A DNA stretch of 64,000 bases from Epiperipatus broadwayi (GCA_028023455.1 JAQFVV010000003.1:31186001-31250000), one strand, 5' to 3'. Shown: positions 1 through 14,330, counted from the stretch's first letter. Notes: generated by a model not told the origin, from the sequence alone. Program-made: numbers and translations.

Positions 1-672
1 TTCTCAACATGTACCACAAATTAACTAGTTTTTGTTTACTTGTCCTACTATTTATTAGATTTCTTATACACATACAATATGCATATTGACTCCATATGAT
101 GATTCTACACTTTGCTTGCTGCCATTACAAATTGTAGACTAAGGGCAACATGGAATAAAATTACTGACTAACAATCACACACATATATCATATATATCTG
201 CAAGGTTTTATACTAGTCTGTTCCTGCATAATTCTATTTATTAGCATATATTAATAACAATGACACTCAAATGAGTGCATGATGTATGCAAATTTTCTAG
301 TGTGTTAAATACTAACTAGAGAAATTTGTTCATGCACTATCTGTATTATATTTTACTAGTAGACTTTATTTACAATGTCAATATGTATCACCTAAGCACA
401 CAAAAAGTACAAGTATATATTTTTGAATATGGATATAGAAATTTTATTGTAACTAATTAACCATTTTTTATTTCATATGAATATTTTTGTCAATGTTACA
501 AACACACAATTACATCATAATATTAATTTTGAGTTAGTCTTTAATTTCTTTAGTCATTTTCATACAAACCTTTCATTAGTGCTGAAATTTTATTTTTTTT
601 AAAAGGCTTTAATTAATTGTAATTAAAAATATTTTAGTTTTAATTAAACATTCTAGATGTCAGTAGCTATCA

Positions 673-706
673 GGAGAAGCCATAGTACATCGCATCACAT
701 CACATC
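673..706 (+). repeat. Short 3'-terminal fragment of a LINE family ending in a (CATCA)n tail
   Basis: ggagaagccatagtacatcgcatcacatcacatc matches the ends at 5086-5115 and 58363-58395. Confidence 0.6.
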
Positions 707-899
707 CATAAAATTGTGATAAAATATTGTCATAAAAGAAGTGAAAAAATGGTTTCTAAGTGTGGATAGTTTAAAGAATAAGTGAGAAGAAATGGAGGAA
801 AATGTAGTTGAGGAAGATAGAATAGAGTATGTATTTAGGGGAGTGACAAGAGATATGGATGACAAAATAAGTAGTGCAATGGAGATAGTTATCCAAAAA

Positions 900-1620
900 A
901 ATAAGTAAGAGAGAGAAAAAGGTAAAGGATGTAGAAGTAAAATTTAAATCATTAGAGATGAAGTGTGAGAAGATCAAGGAATTAACATATAGAAATGATA
1001 ATGAAGAACTAAATCAGGAAATCAGGAAGGTGAAAGAGAATGTTATGAATGAAGTAGGGAAAGTAAACTATGAGACAGTTCTGATAGGAATCTCACTAAT
1101 TAGAGGGTGTGGAGATGTAATTGCTAGGAAAATAAGGTATATAAGAATATGTTTGCCTGGAGCTAGAATTAAGGATGTTAAAGATAAAGTAATATTTATG
1201 TTATGGTAGGGACAAATAATTTGTCAGATCCATCATAGTACAAAGAATTGGTTAATAACTTGAATAAGATTAAAGGAAGTATATAAATAGTTATATTACT
1301 ACCAAGATTTGAGAATAGGGCATGTTTTATAAATGAGAGAATGAAAAAATTATGTGAGACAAATAATGCTATGTTTGTGGATGTGTAGGATTTTTTATTA
1401 GTAAGAGGGAGTTATCTAGTAAAGATGAATTGCTCTTAGAAATTGTTATCGAAAGAAATCTAATTAGATTAAATAGTTTATAAATTTGAAATGTAATCAG
1501 ATTAGGCAGTGTATTCAAAAAACAAGATAAAGTAAAATGGCAGATATTCCTTAGACAATGGTCAGGTTTTCTTATTAAAAAGGTCATTAAATATTTTATT
1601 ATATTCATTTCCATCACTCA
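900..1620 (+). pseudogene. Decayed LINE ORF1 with SGNH/GDSL esterase-like domain (CR1/L2-group type)
   Basis: ORF 958..1209 reads GISLIRG...CLPGARIKDV, resembling GDS-IVR...CLPGA of esterase-type ORF1. It is followed by GTNNL (GxND-like) and ILPR in broken frames. Confidence 0.6.
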
Positions 1621-2210
1621 GAATTGTCTAAAATATATTTGTTATGACTGCTGGATGATGCATTTCAAGAAAAACCATGTGCTAGTCTGATAATCTTACT
1701 ACCGATTTTATATATTCTGTATCATGAATAATATTACATGTTGCAAAATTTTAACTGAGATGCATTGCTTAATCCATGTATGTTCTTTGGTCTAGACATG
1801 ATGTAGTTCCAGTTAATTATCCTGAGAGCATCTACCCAAAACCTGAAATGTAAGACTGAACTTAACCTGTCATTGCCAAAAAGTAGTTACCCTGTGCTAT
1901 ATATTTGTTTGTCAAAGATCTATCAAATAGAAGCATTCTCTTATTAAGAAAAGTGTTGGATGTGCATGGATGGATCTTGATGTGAATTTAAATACAGTAC
2001 AGGCAAGCTAAAGAAAAACAAAAGGGAAAAAAAACAACTAAATCTGCAGAATAAACAATTCCAAATAAGTAAAAGGAAAAAGAATCAAAAGAGAACTGAA
2101 AAATGTTAACTTCAACAAAAAGATTTTAGTAAAGAACTTGATAAGAATGTTAATTATTAGCCTGTTTTTTTTTTGCATATAATATTACAATCTAAATTCA
2201 AATAGTTGCT

Positions 2211-2326
<116 letters not shown>

Positions 2327-3462
2327 TTAATATTTTTATGTAATTTTTTAAAAAATAATCTTGTCAAAAATTATAGCTGCAAGGTTTGTTTATCAGATTG
2401 CAGATTTATATAATATAGTTTAATGATGTTATTAAGACCTATTTTAAACCAGGTTATTAAGATCTATTCAGATCTATTTCTATAAAAAATATGATAGACA
2501 TAATTGGACAAAGAACAAAGTATTGAGCAGGTATAAAAAGATAAATTGTCAAACGTTTTTAAATATCTGAAATTTAAAGTTAACTGGTAAGTTAATCATG
2601 CATTGATGATAAACTATTGCGAAACAGGTATTTTATTAATGTAAATATTTGATTGATTTATTTGTTGAATTTATTACTATAATTCAAGTTTTAAATAAAA
2701 ATGTGTGCAAATACATAATTTTTAAATGAATCATACGAGTCAAAATTTATATATATTTATAAATATTTGAAATATAGGCATTCCTCATATATCTATATGA
2801 TAAAACTGCCTTAAATTAACAACTAATAAAACAAAGATCTCTCTAACGTTGTAAAGGAAAAAGAGTTGCTCACAAATGTTCTAAATATGAGATAATTATG
2901 ATTTTAATGATTTTTCATTATTATTTTCTAACTAAATAAGAATAACTAGATAACCATACAATGGTCTATTTTGCACGACTGGTTGTACCGATTGCGAACG
3001 TTTGATAAAAATTTTAAGCTCATTTAAAATCTGAAAAAATTTTAAGTTTTATTTGATGAAGATTGAGTCCATACAATTGGAATGACAAGCAAACATACCA
3101 TTCGTATGCCATAAACCCCTTATATACGGTATTCTAAAGTATTTAATAATTAGAGTTCAATAACTTCTATAAATGGTAATCTATTAAAAATCTTGTATAA
3201 ATAAAAAATGCAATATATATTTATAAAATCGTGAATTTCTCACATTCGCGATTTTATAAATACACGATTCTCCAAGCGCTATTAAAATTAAAAAAAATAA
3301 ACTGTTCTCTAGCTATAGTGTTTCCTTATTACTTTTGCAATATGACACTTTTTATACAATCCTTAAGATTTTATGTAGAGAATTACCTAGGGAAATAAAT
3401 GTTTGATTTTCTAATATATTTAACGCAAATTTACTTAGACTGACTAATATTTTAATTTACAG

Positions 3463-3494
3463 AGCAGAATTATTCTTGTCGATAAATATCTCAG
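3463..3494 (+). CDS. Candidate 32-nt internal exon of a plus-strand host gene (SRIILVDKYL...)
   Basis: Branch-like tgactaat at ~3441, ttttaatttacag acceptor, CAG|gtgatt donor, open frame, phase-compatible with exon 17346-17379. Confidence 0.35.
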
Positions 3495-3589
3495 GTGATT
3501 TAACATTCATTGTTTTGGCTGAAATGATTCAAAACAAAATTGTGTATAAACCTTGTAGCATAATGACAATGCTTATTGGAGAAAAATTA

Positions 3590-5115
3590 TCAAACACAAT
3601 TAGGAAATATGGAATCAGTTAAAGTTAAAAATGGAATAGGACTAAGGTAAGGATGCCCTATGCCACCTATTTTGTTTTTATTATATTTGAGAGAAATGGA
3701 GAGAGCAATAGAAAGACTAGGAAGAGGGGTAGAGACACCATTAATAAATGGCAAGGGAATATATACATTATCAGGTCTTTTATTTGCTGTTATCTTCTTA
3801 TGTACAGAAAGTTGGGAAGATATGGAAGTTATGGTGAGGACATGCACAAGGGGCAGTAAAAAGATGGGGTTAAATTTAGTAACAAGAAATCAAAAGTAAT
3901 GATGATAAATGCTGGGGAAAGAGAAGAGAAATAATTTTTATTGGGGTATATAAAGATAATGTGGGAATAGGTAGAACTATTTGGGAATTGTCTTAAGTAA
4001 TCAGACAAATTAATTGGATGAATGGGAGAAAAAATTGATAAATGAAGCAAAGAAAAAAAGGGACTGATAAAAAAATTAATAGTGTTTTCATATAATAAAT
4101 ATAATGTAGCTAGAATTGTATGGAAGGGAGTAACAGTAGCAGGGTTAACTTATGGTAATGATGCATTATGTATTAGTAAAGAAGTGTTAGATTACTTAGA
4201 AAAAGTACAAAGAAAAGTAGGAAAACATGCATTAGATGCAGATGTGTGAACAACAAAGGAGGCAATTGAGGAGAAATGGGATAGTCAAGTTTCTATATGA
4301 GAGATGCAAAAACCAAAATGAAAATGTTTGGTAGATTGCAATTTAGGGATAATTAGAGAATAGCCAAAATAATATTTAATTGAGTTATGAGTGAAGGACA
4401 GGCAGTAAGATGGGTGAGAAAGATAGTATGGTATGCAGAATATTTGGATAAAGACTTTATGTCAATATACTTATACAAAAGGTATTAGGAGAATTGTTGA
4501 GTGTTATGGTGGCAAGGAATGGCCTAGAAAAATAGATGCATTAATAAAAATTAAAAAGTTGGAGAGATGGAGAACTAGTATGGAGAATAAAATAAGTTTA
4601 AATATATATATAGAAGTAAACAGAATATTAGGTGTGAGTTAATTTATGATAATAGCAAGGAAAGTAGTTTACTACTTAAGTCTTGAACAGGATCATTATC
4701 GACAAGAGAATGTACTCATAAAAGGAAAAATATGGGTGATTTAGTTGGCAAGATATGTAAGAAAGGAATAGAAAATATTAGATATCTTTTAATTAAATGT
4801 AAATGTCTACAAACAAAAAGGGTACAATTAATGAAGTTGTGGAAAATAAATGTAAACAAAGTGATTTACAGAAAGTGAGTTTTTGATTTTTATGAAAGGT
4901 TTGGAAAAAATAATCAAGATTTAGATATAAAGCCTGTAGAGTGAACAAAGATGGTGTTGTGGAAATGGGATGCAACATGATAGAGAAGAATAAGGGAAAA
5001 ACTTAGGGTGGGAAATGGAAAAGGAAGATAAGGTGGATAACAGGTTTCTCTGGGTATAGTGACAGAGATTCCTGATTCTGAGAAAGGAGAAACCATAGTG
5101 CATCACATCACATCA
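3590..5115 (+). mobile_element. 5'-truncated decayed non-LTR retrotransposon (RT C-terminal half, 3' UTR, (CATCA)n tail)
   Basis: GLR*GCPMPPILFLLY (QGCPLSP motif), SGLLFAV (FADD-like), an EAI..MG*SSF segment, a degenerate C-terminal C..C...E...L motif near 4745-4800, and the tail catcacatcacatca. Confidence 0.85.
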
Positions 5116-8100
5116 GCATTTGAAGAAACATATTTTCTGTTACACATATTGGACACAGTAATTATCCATCATGTATATATATATATATAACACATCAATA
5201 AAACAATGCATTATAGTTACATCATTTGTTTACATTTGCTTAGAAATGATCCCAGAATATATATATATATATATATTGTAGGAATATATATATTTACTCA
5301 CACATACATATAATCAATATGTATACATTATATTTTTATTTCTATTATATTTATGAAAATAAATATGTAATTTAGTAAATTAGTATTTTTTATTCTTTAA
5401 AATGAAAAATCATTGTTGAGATACTAATTCATTAATAAAAGACAGGTGACAAGGTGATGACCTCTAGGTTCACATGCAGTTTATCGGATTAAAAGAAATG
5501 AAATTAACTTAATGATTTAATATAGAATTGTAATGTAACAATATATAATATGATATGCTTCAGCAAGTTCATGCAACTATATATAAAAAAATTCAATTTT
5601 TTTTAGAAGATAAAAAGATTCCATTCTTTCAGCTATATCCTCACAAAGACTTATACTGGGTTTGATTTAAAAAAACAGTGGATAGGATAAAATCTATATT
5701 TTGACCGATTTAATATTTATTAGAATAAATTTCTAATATTCTTAAAGAAAAGTAATTTCTAAATTACTTAATTTGAATATATTTTCATATTATATAAAGA
5801 TTGTTCTAGTTGGAGTTCTAAATGTAAATATCATTTTAAAAAGAACATTTTTATAAAAATTTCAATTAAATGAAATTAATGTACTTTACATTATAAGAAA
5901 AATGCAAAGTGAGTAAAACACCAATTTATTGTAGGATATATAAAATACGCTTGTCTAGACAAATATATATATATATGAATAACAACTTTTGTGAAATGCC
6001 TTTAAAATTATATAGAAGCTATATCTTCAAAATGGAATTATAATTGTTAATAAAAGAACTGGGTATAAAAGAAGATGCTATTTACATGCAAGGAGGAAAC
6101 TAAACATCAACTTGAGATCTCATATTATTTTCTTTAATGTATAACAACTAAGAAATTAAGAATTGTATCTTCAAAGGATTTTCATTTGTGAATTCCAGGA
6201 ACATCTACAACTATTGCATTAACTTTTATAAATACCATTTAATTTTTAAAAATTATAATTGGGAAACATTAATCTCATTTCCTTTATTATCGAATTCATT
6301 TCATTAAAGAAATGAATAAGAAGAGAGAATTAATAATTTAAAATATTTTTGTTTTTATTTATAATTAATAAAAATTTAAATATAGGTTAGGAAATATTAA
6401 CATGGGAAAGGCATATAAAAATAAAAGGGATAGAGTGAACTTAGAGGTAAGAAATTAAATTATTTTTCAATTCACATACTATTATTTTTTATGACATGGC
6501 ACTACTTTGTTTGTACTAATCCAAATAGTCTAACAACCATTATGTATGATAAGTAGATAAATGACTAACATTGATATGAAATATATATTTTTATATTAAT
6601 AAACAAATTACATACAGTCATATTAATGAATGAAAACACTATATAACAATAATTGGATTATTATTTGTATAATTTAATTATTATATAATAGTGTTAATAT
6701 AATAGTCTTAATACTTATATTTTATATAATTATAAAATCATGTAGTGTTGTAAGTTAAAAAATATATCTACCATGAGTAAATAGAATATATTTATATTTT
6801 TAATATAAGGTAGTAGATATATAAATAAATAATTATTATATTTTATATTAAACTAAATGAAGTCTTTAATTTTATTTTTTTTATTTATTTGATTTTATAA
6901 GATAAGAACAAACATTTAATATAATAATCTTTATTGATTATTATATTAACTTCATAAAACCAATTTTAAAGAATTAGTGAGATTTATTATTATTATTATT
7001 ACTCTAGTACATTGATAGGAATCCCTGAAGAGAGTCAATTGTTAAACTTCCCTGAGTTCAAAATCTGAGCATAATGGTTAAGTCAATTAAGGTGAAAATT
7101 GATTTGATGTGGTTTAGATATAATAATTTATTAATAATAAATTATTTATTTGGATCAGATATAATTTTATATCAAAATTAAATTACATCATTTGTGACAT
7201 CCTATATGACGACCTTAAATCTGACTATAGTGAGATGCAACTGCCTTAACTTATCTCATTGAAAGGGTTCATATATTAAATTCCTTTACAAGTAATTATG
7301 TTTCTATTTTATTTCTTAGTATATATTTTCTTTAGTTAGTCTATATATTTTTTCTATATAATAAAGAATAGAAATAAAGAGATTATCTTCATATAAACAG
7401 AGGTAACATTTTCCTTTTGTTGTTGCCAGGAAACTATCAATTATTACTAATTAACAATTCCCCCCTGGCTAAACAACTTTTCTTCATTAACCTATACTAG
7501 CTCTTTTGTTGGGGTTTTATTTTGAAGTAAAAGCAGATCTTCTTTAGTTCAAATCCAAGTTGTTAAATGGATTTAAATCATGAAAACTATTTTATAGGTG
7601 TAAAAATGTGAAAAAATAATAGCTTTCTTCACATTCCACAAATAATATTTTAATTTCTACATAGAATTGTATATGTTGAATTAAATATTTTCATGAATTG
7701 TAATAATAAAGAATAGCAATAAAGAGATTATAAACATTAAAAGGCAAATGTTATTTTTATCACATGGATATAATCTTTTTATTTCCATTTTATATTACAA
7801 TAACAATCCATGAAAATATTTAATTTAACATAATTAAAATTACCTCAACTTCAAAAGTAAGCTAGACTAGCCAAAGTAATTAAAGCTGTAATACAACTAT
7901 TGATTTCATTGATAAAAGCAGACTTCTCAAGTCCAAAAGACTGAAAACTTACTACCAAATATACACTAAGAATTACCCATAATTACCAATTATAACCCAC
8001 ACACACTTAATATTAAAAAGAACTCTAAATACATTAATTGCTTCAGAATCATAAATTCTGCTTTTATCAGTGAAATTAATGGTTTTGTTATAGAGTTTAT

Positions 8101-8228
8101 TTTCTTTACCTAATCTGGTTTACTTTTGAAATTGGAAGTAATTTTAAATATTTTGTTGACTAGTTTAGTTTTAGGCTTTTAATGCTTAATTCAACATATA
8201 TATATATATATATATATATGAGTCTGTG

Positions 8229-8426
8229 TGTAATGTCCTATCTAAATAAATAACTATTATAATGGTCAGGGAAAATCAGAGTCTTACCGTATCTGCCATA
8301 CAGGGTGCCACCAGGCTAATAAAACCTGGAAAATTTATATAGTAGGCAGATACATCTGAAGATCTAATTGCATATTATTTTTTTGACCATTATCCCTTGC
8401 CAATAGCTCAAAGAGTAGCAGGGTTA
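8229..8426 (+). repeat. Older diverged relative of the left end of the 2.2-kb LTR-like repeat
   Basis: tgccatacagggtgccaccagg...aacctggaaaatttatatagtaggcagatac aligns with tgcactacggggcgccatctagg...aacctagaaaaatttataaagtaggcagatac. It starts TGTAATG shortly after a (TA)n run. Confidence 0.5.
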
Positions 8427-8441
8427 TATATATATATATAT

Positions 8442-10661
8442 TGTAATGATCTGGAGAAAGCGACTTAATGTAAACTGCACTACGGGGCGCCATCTAGGCA
8501 TTTGAACCTAGAAAAATTTATAAAGTAGGCAGATACGTAAGAAAAAAAAAATTTTTTTTTTATTTTGATTCCGGTCGTTAGCCCATGTCACTAGCTCAGT
8601 GGAATAGCAGAGATTAAATAATATAATATCTTATCCAATTATATTTCAATATTAAATAAATAAATAAAATAAGCCACTGCCAGTAATTAGCATACAAACA
8701 TTTATTTATGCACATATATATAAGATTTAAAATTATTTTAGTATTAGTTTTACATTTTAACATTTAACATTATTTTTAACTTTGATTTTTGACTTTAATT
8801 TACCTTTAATTACTATTATATTCTAATTTTACATTTTTAATTAAGTTCGCACAGATAAATTTAGGAAAGCTTGTTTATCATGTTGAATATAGATCGGTTA
8901 CATAGATTTCACGGTCAAAAACATTTCGAAGTAAACATAAACGATCAAAATACAAAATTATTGATTACTGACAATTGCGGAGGGAAATTTGTACGTAACC
9001 CAATAGTATTCATCATAAGATACTTGCATTGTTACCAATAACTTAAAAGACATCCGAATAAATACATTTTAGATACTCACTGTAAGGTATCATTATTTAT
9101 CGAATGTCTATATATTTTGATCAAATATGAAAACGCAAAACATAGTTAACCGATAAACAATCCATGCAAGCGTCTATAAACAACTTAAATTTAATGCATT
9201 TTTATTTAGGGTCAAGTATGAATAGACCACATAGATTTGCATTTGAAAATAAAATATTCTATCCCTATTTAACCTTAGGCTAAAATTCGCAGTCAAACTG
9301 GCATCAATCTATCTGATACATCGATGTATTCAATGTAATACGGAATATGGCAGCACCAAAAAAAGATTAAGAGAAGATATTGACTCTCAGTAGATAGGAA
9401 TATTACTTCTATCCAACGAGAAGAACAATAAAAAAAAAAACTCCATAGAAAGGAACTGCGCTCTGCGTCTTATAATTCCTTCCATAGGCAAAACGGGAGA
9501 GTGCGGCGTATGAAGCGATTCTGCCAGTAGCGAATCTCCGATTACATCTACTAACTACATCAATATATCCAATCCATTGACCCAATCTAACAATGACACA
9601 AATAACCTAAGATTACCCTCCCCTAATATAACTTTACAAATCTATACAGCCATTCACGCCCGACTTCAGTTTAACATTTATATAATTAATTTAACGAAAA
9701 ACAACAAAAAACAAAATCAAGATAAAAACTTAAAGAACAAAAAATAAATAAATGGCAATGATTTACATAAATAAGAAAAAAAAATACATCAAATAACACT
9801 ATTAATAAAGAATTTAGTTTGGTCAGATAGGATTCTATTTGTAACAATTAAATTACTAGGAAAGTTTAAAATTTAAAGTTCTTAGTGTTTTCAAAATAAT
9901 ATTGTTCGTGATATTTTATAAAGTTCTTACGGTTTTAGAAATGTTCATCTTTAATAGTTGCTTGCCGTTTGAAATCCAGCATTAAATTTCCCGATGATCC
10001 TGTGGTCCTCTGAATATAAGAAAAGCAATGTTTCATTTTTCCATTTTATAACAACTGAAGGGATTGAACGTGAGTCCTTTTCAATCCCTTCTCCTTCACT
10101 TCCGCACTAACACATATCTGTCACATCGTAAATAATCAAACTCACTAACTAATAATTTCCAAACTTGACCTTTTTATATTAATGTGTAGGATTGAATTTA
10201 CATTACGTCACCGATGCGATGGTCCTTTCGCTGCGGTCCGATTTCCCAATGGATTTATTTCATTTGCTGAAAGTTTCTATTGTTTTCCTATCTGACTGAT
10301 GTTTTTACATTTTAAATGCCCAAGGCTGGTTTACATTTAACTAATTAACAATCATTTCCATTTCTGATTAATTAACCTGTTTTCCAAATCAACAATATAT
10401 TTAAAGATAAATTTAAAGATATAATTTTATCTCCAAATCTTTTTAAAATTTAGTTTTAAAATACTTTTTCTTTAATAAATTTTTATTTTAATAATTTTTC
10501 ATTATCTGTGCGATTTAATTAATATATAAGAGTTTAAGATGATATTTAATTTCAATTTTTAATTCTTAAAGAAAATTTTTAAATGCGAACTTTTTAATTT
10601 ACTTTCATGTTTAATAAATTTAAAAAAAAAAACAATGTAACGAACGTCTATGCTCGTTACA
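8442..10661. repeat. LTR-like repeat copy 1 (2,220 bp)
   Basis: Near-identical to 11404-13623 (about 17-18 differences spotted by eye); TG...CA termini. Confidence 0.9.
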
Positions 10662-11380
10662 TATCAGTAAAGTTACTTAAAAAAAATGATCAAAAAAAAA
10701 AAATATTTTACTTAGGGTTAGTAATTACGGTACATGATTGACGAAGACATTTACAAAACATCCGGTTAATAATTTTACAAAAAGACTATATACAAAAAAA
10801 AAAAGAAAATGTTGACTATCGCTTACCTAAGGACCATTTACGTTTACACCTCCTCCCCCCGAGAATTCTATTTTATTTTATACATTTTATTTTTACTCAT
10901 GGCATGACAAGCAAATTATTTAAATTATTTAGGAAGGTTGCATTGAAGTAAATATATTTTGAAAGATAATGGGTTTATGCGTGTATATTTGCAGCACAAT
11001 TATAAATACCACCAACTTATTTATGACTGATTAAAATGCTTAAATAGGGTTACACTGAAGTAATTCCCAAAGGTACTCATTGTAAGGCACCACATTTCGA
11101 TCATAAACTTACGGGGCTGTGCGCCTATACACGTTAAAGCGTAATATATATCAACAACAAAAAAAAACATATTTATTGCAACCTTTTGACTTTTTTTTTT
11201 TTTTTTTTTTTAACAAAAATTAGTTTTAAAATTTTTTATATCTTTCCGTTGGTTTTTAATATATGTGCTATTTCTTTCTGGCAGTGCTTTTATCGGATTT
11301 AAAGTATACGACTTTATGTAAACAGATAAAAATATTTCATTTTGACAAAATTTGCTCAGGGTATTTGTGGTTTATTAAAG

Positions 11381-11402
11381 ATCGGCCCGAGTTGGTTCAC
11401 CA
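11381..11402 (-). other. PBS-like site (TGGTGAACC...) one base inside LTR copy 2 on the minus strand
   Basis: Minus strand reads CGTTACA-A-TGGTGAACCAACTCGGGCCGAT. TGG sits at the canonical PBS position, but I could not match it to a specific tRNA. Confidence 0.35.
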
Positions 11403-11403
11403 T

Positions 11404-13620
11404 TGTAACGATCCGGGGAGAAGGCGACTTACGTCAACTGCACTACGGGGCGCCATCTAGGCATTTGAACCTAGAAAAATTTATAAAGTAGGCAGATACG
11501 TAAGAATAAAAAATTTATTTTTTTTTATTTTGATTCCGGTCGTTAGCCCATGTCACTAGCTCAGTGGAATAGCAGAGATTAAATAATATAATATCTTATC
11601 CAATTATATTTCAATATTAAATAAATAAATAAAATAAGCCACTGCCAGTAATTAGCTTACAAACATTTATTTATGCACATATATATAAGATTTAAAATTA
11701 TTTTAGTATTAGTTTTACATTTTAACATTTAACATTATTTTTAACTTTGATTTTTGACTTTAATTTACCTTTAATTACTATTATATTCTAATTTTACATT
11801 TTTAATTAAGTTCGCACAGATAAATTTAGGAAAGCTTATTTATCATGTTGAATATAGATTGGTTACATAGATTTCACGGTCAAAAACATTTCGAAGTAAA
11901 CATAAACGATCAAAATACAAAATTATTGATTACTGACAATTGCGGAGGGAAATTTGTACGTAACCCAATAGTATTCATCATAAGATACTTGCATTGTCAC
12001 CAATAACTTAAAAGACATCCGAATAAATACATTTTAGATACTCACCGTAAGGTATCATTATTTATCGAATGTCTATATATTTTGATCAAATATGAAAACG
12101 CAAAACATAGTTAACCGATAAACAATCCATGCAAGCGTCTATAAACAACTTAAATTTAATGCATTTTTATTTAGGGTCAAGTATGAATAGACCACATAGA
12201 TTTGCATTTGAAAATAAAATATTCTATCCCTATTTAACCTTAGGCTAAAATTCGCAGTCAAACTGGCATCAATCCATCTGATACATCGATGTATTCAATG
12301 TAATACGGAATACGGCAGCACCAAAAAAAGATTAAGAGAAGATATTGACTCTCAGTAGATAGGAATATTACTTCTATCCAACGAGAAGAACAATAAAAAA
12401 AAAACTCCATAGAAAGGAACTGCGCTCTGTGTCTTATAATTCCTTCCATAGGCAAAACGGGAGAGTGCGGCGTATGAAGCGATTCTGCCAGTAGCGAATC
12501 TCTGATTACATCTACTAACTACATCAATATATCCAATCCATTGACCCAATCTAACAACGACACAAATAACCTAAGATTACCCTCCCCTAATATAACTTTA
12601 CAAATCTATACAGCCATTCAGGCCCGACTTCAGTTTAACATTTATATAATTAATTTAACGAAAAACAACAAAAAACAAAATCAAGATAAAAACTTAAAGA
12701 ACAAAAAATAAATAAATGGAAATGATTTACATAAATAAAAAAAAAATACATCAAATAACACTATTAATAAAGAATTTAGTTTGGTCAGATAGGATTCTAT
12801 TTGTAACAATTAAATTACTAGGAAAGTTTAAAATTTAAAGTTCTTAGTGTTTTCAAAATAATATTGTTCGTGATATTTTATAAAGTTCTTACGGTTTTAG
12901 AAATGTTCATCTTTAATAGTTGCTTGCCGTTTGAAATCCAGCGTTAAATTTCCCGATGATCCTGTGGTCCTCTGAATATAAGAAAAGCAATGTTTCATTT
13001 TTCCATTTTATAACAACTGAAGGGATTGAACGTGAGTCCTTTTCAATCCCTTCTCCTTCACTTCCGCACTAACACATATCTGTCACATCGTAAATAATCA
13101 AACTCACTAACTAATAATTTCCAAACTTGACCTTTTTATATTAATGTGTAGGATTGAATTTACATTACGTCACCGATGCGATGGTCCTTTCGCTGCGGTC
13201 CGATTTCCCAATGGATTTATTTCATTTGCTGAAAGTTTCTATTGTTTTCCTATCTGACTGATGTTTTTACATTTTAAATGCCCAAGGCTGGTTTACATTT
13301 AACTAATTAACAATCATTTCCATTTCTGATTAATTAACCTGTTTTCCAAATCAACAATATATTTAAAGATAAATTTAAAGATATAATTTTATCTCCAAAT
13401 CTTTTTAAAATTTAGTTTTAAAATACTTTTTCTTTAATAAATTTTTATTTTAATAATTTTTCATTATCTGTGCGATTTAATTAATATATAAGAGTTTAAG
13501 ATGATATTTAATTTCAATTTTTAATTCTTAAAGAAAATTTTTAAATGCGAACTTTTTAATTTACTTTCATGTTTAATAAATTTAAAAAAAAAAACAATGT
13601 AACGAACGTCTATGCTCGTT

Positions 13621-13623
<3 letters not shown>
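11404..13623. repeat. LTR-like repeat copy 2 (2,220 bp)
   Basis: TGTAACG...CGTTACA, followed by (TA)n. Confidence 0.9.
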
Positions 13624-13651
<28 letters not shown>

Positions 13652-13809
13652 CAGCTCTAAACAAGCTTTTTTTTTTATTATTTATGATATATATATATAT
13701 AACAGCAAATTTGAAAAATAAATTACTACAAAAAATACTTTTGGTTTCTTTTTTTTTTTTTAACTTTAATTTTTAATCTTAGAATGTTGAGCACAGATAT
13801 GCTACCTAG

Positions 13810-14330
13810 ACTACACACTTAAGATTTTCAAAACCTTTGATTCCAGGATACAAGCTCGGAGTCAAACCAATGCTCACTTCTTGATATAGACACAATCAAT
13901 GCAATATGAAGATGTTAGCACAAAAGAACACTGTCAGGAATGTGCATTTGGAGTATGATATTGTCCAGTACAGGAATGTGCATCTGTCTGACGAAGGAAT
14001 CACATATATAAAATATCAAAGAGACACATTACGCATGGAGGGAGAGTGGAACTTTTGCCAACATATAGTCCCTATCCATCGACCTAAAGGAAATTGATGT
14101 CACAGGAAATACATCTGCATACATTGCAACACAATGACTACACTTTTGGGTCATGCATTCAGTTGGGCACATTGCCCTGTATTCTAAACACAGTTCACAT
14201 TTCATTGATATAAACATCTATCTATATATATCCCTCCACCAGCATTGACACAACCATAAACAAATAGTTTGAAATCAAAACCCCCTTAAACTAACATATA
14301 CTTAAACAAGTCTAAGCAGCCATCTGCACC
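13810..14330 (+). pseudogene. Possible decayed 3' end of a LINE ORF2 (C-terminal CCHC-like motif)
   Basis: One frame reads YICIHCNTMTTLLGHAFSWAHC, resembling the RT-associated zinc motif; no RT core is visible. Confidence 0.3.

Larger units (their letters stand above)
8442..13623. mobile_element. Young non-autonomous LTR-retroelement-like insertion (two 2,220-bp direct repeats around a 742-bp non-coding core)
   Basis: Repeats begin TGTAA(C/T)G and end CGTTACA. The outer flanks are ATAT on both sides within (TA)n runs, consistent with a 4-bp TSD. No RT or integrase ORF is present. Confidence 0.75.

Noticed and set aside
2950-3290. CpG-richer block, possibly a DNA transposon fragment
   Set aside because: No termini, second copy or coding motif visible.
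7020-7060. CTGAAGA-gagtcaatt resembling the array hammerhead start
   Set aside because: No GAAA, stem III or stem I partner follows.
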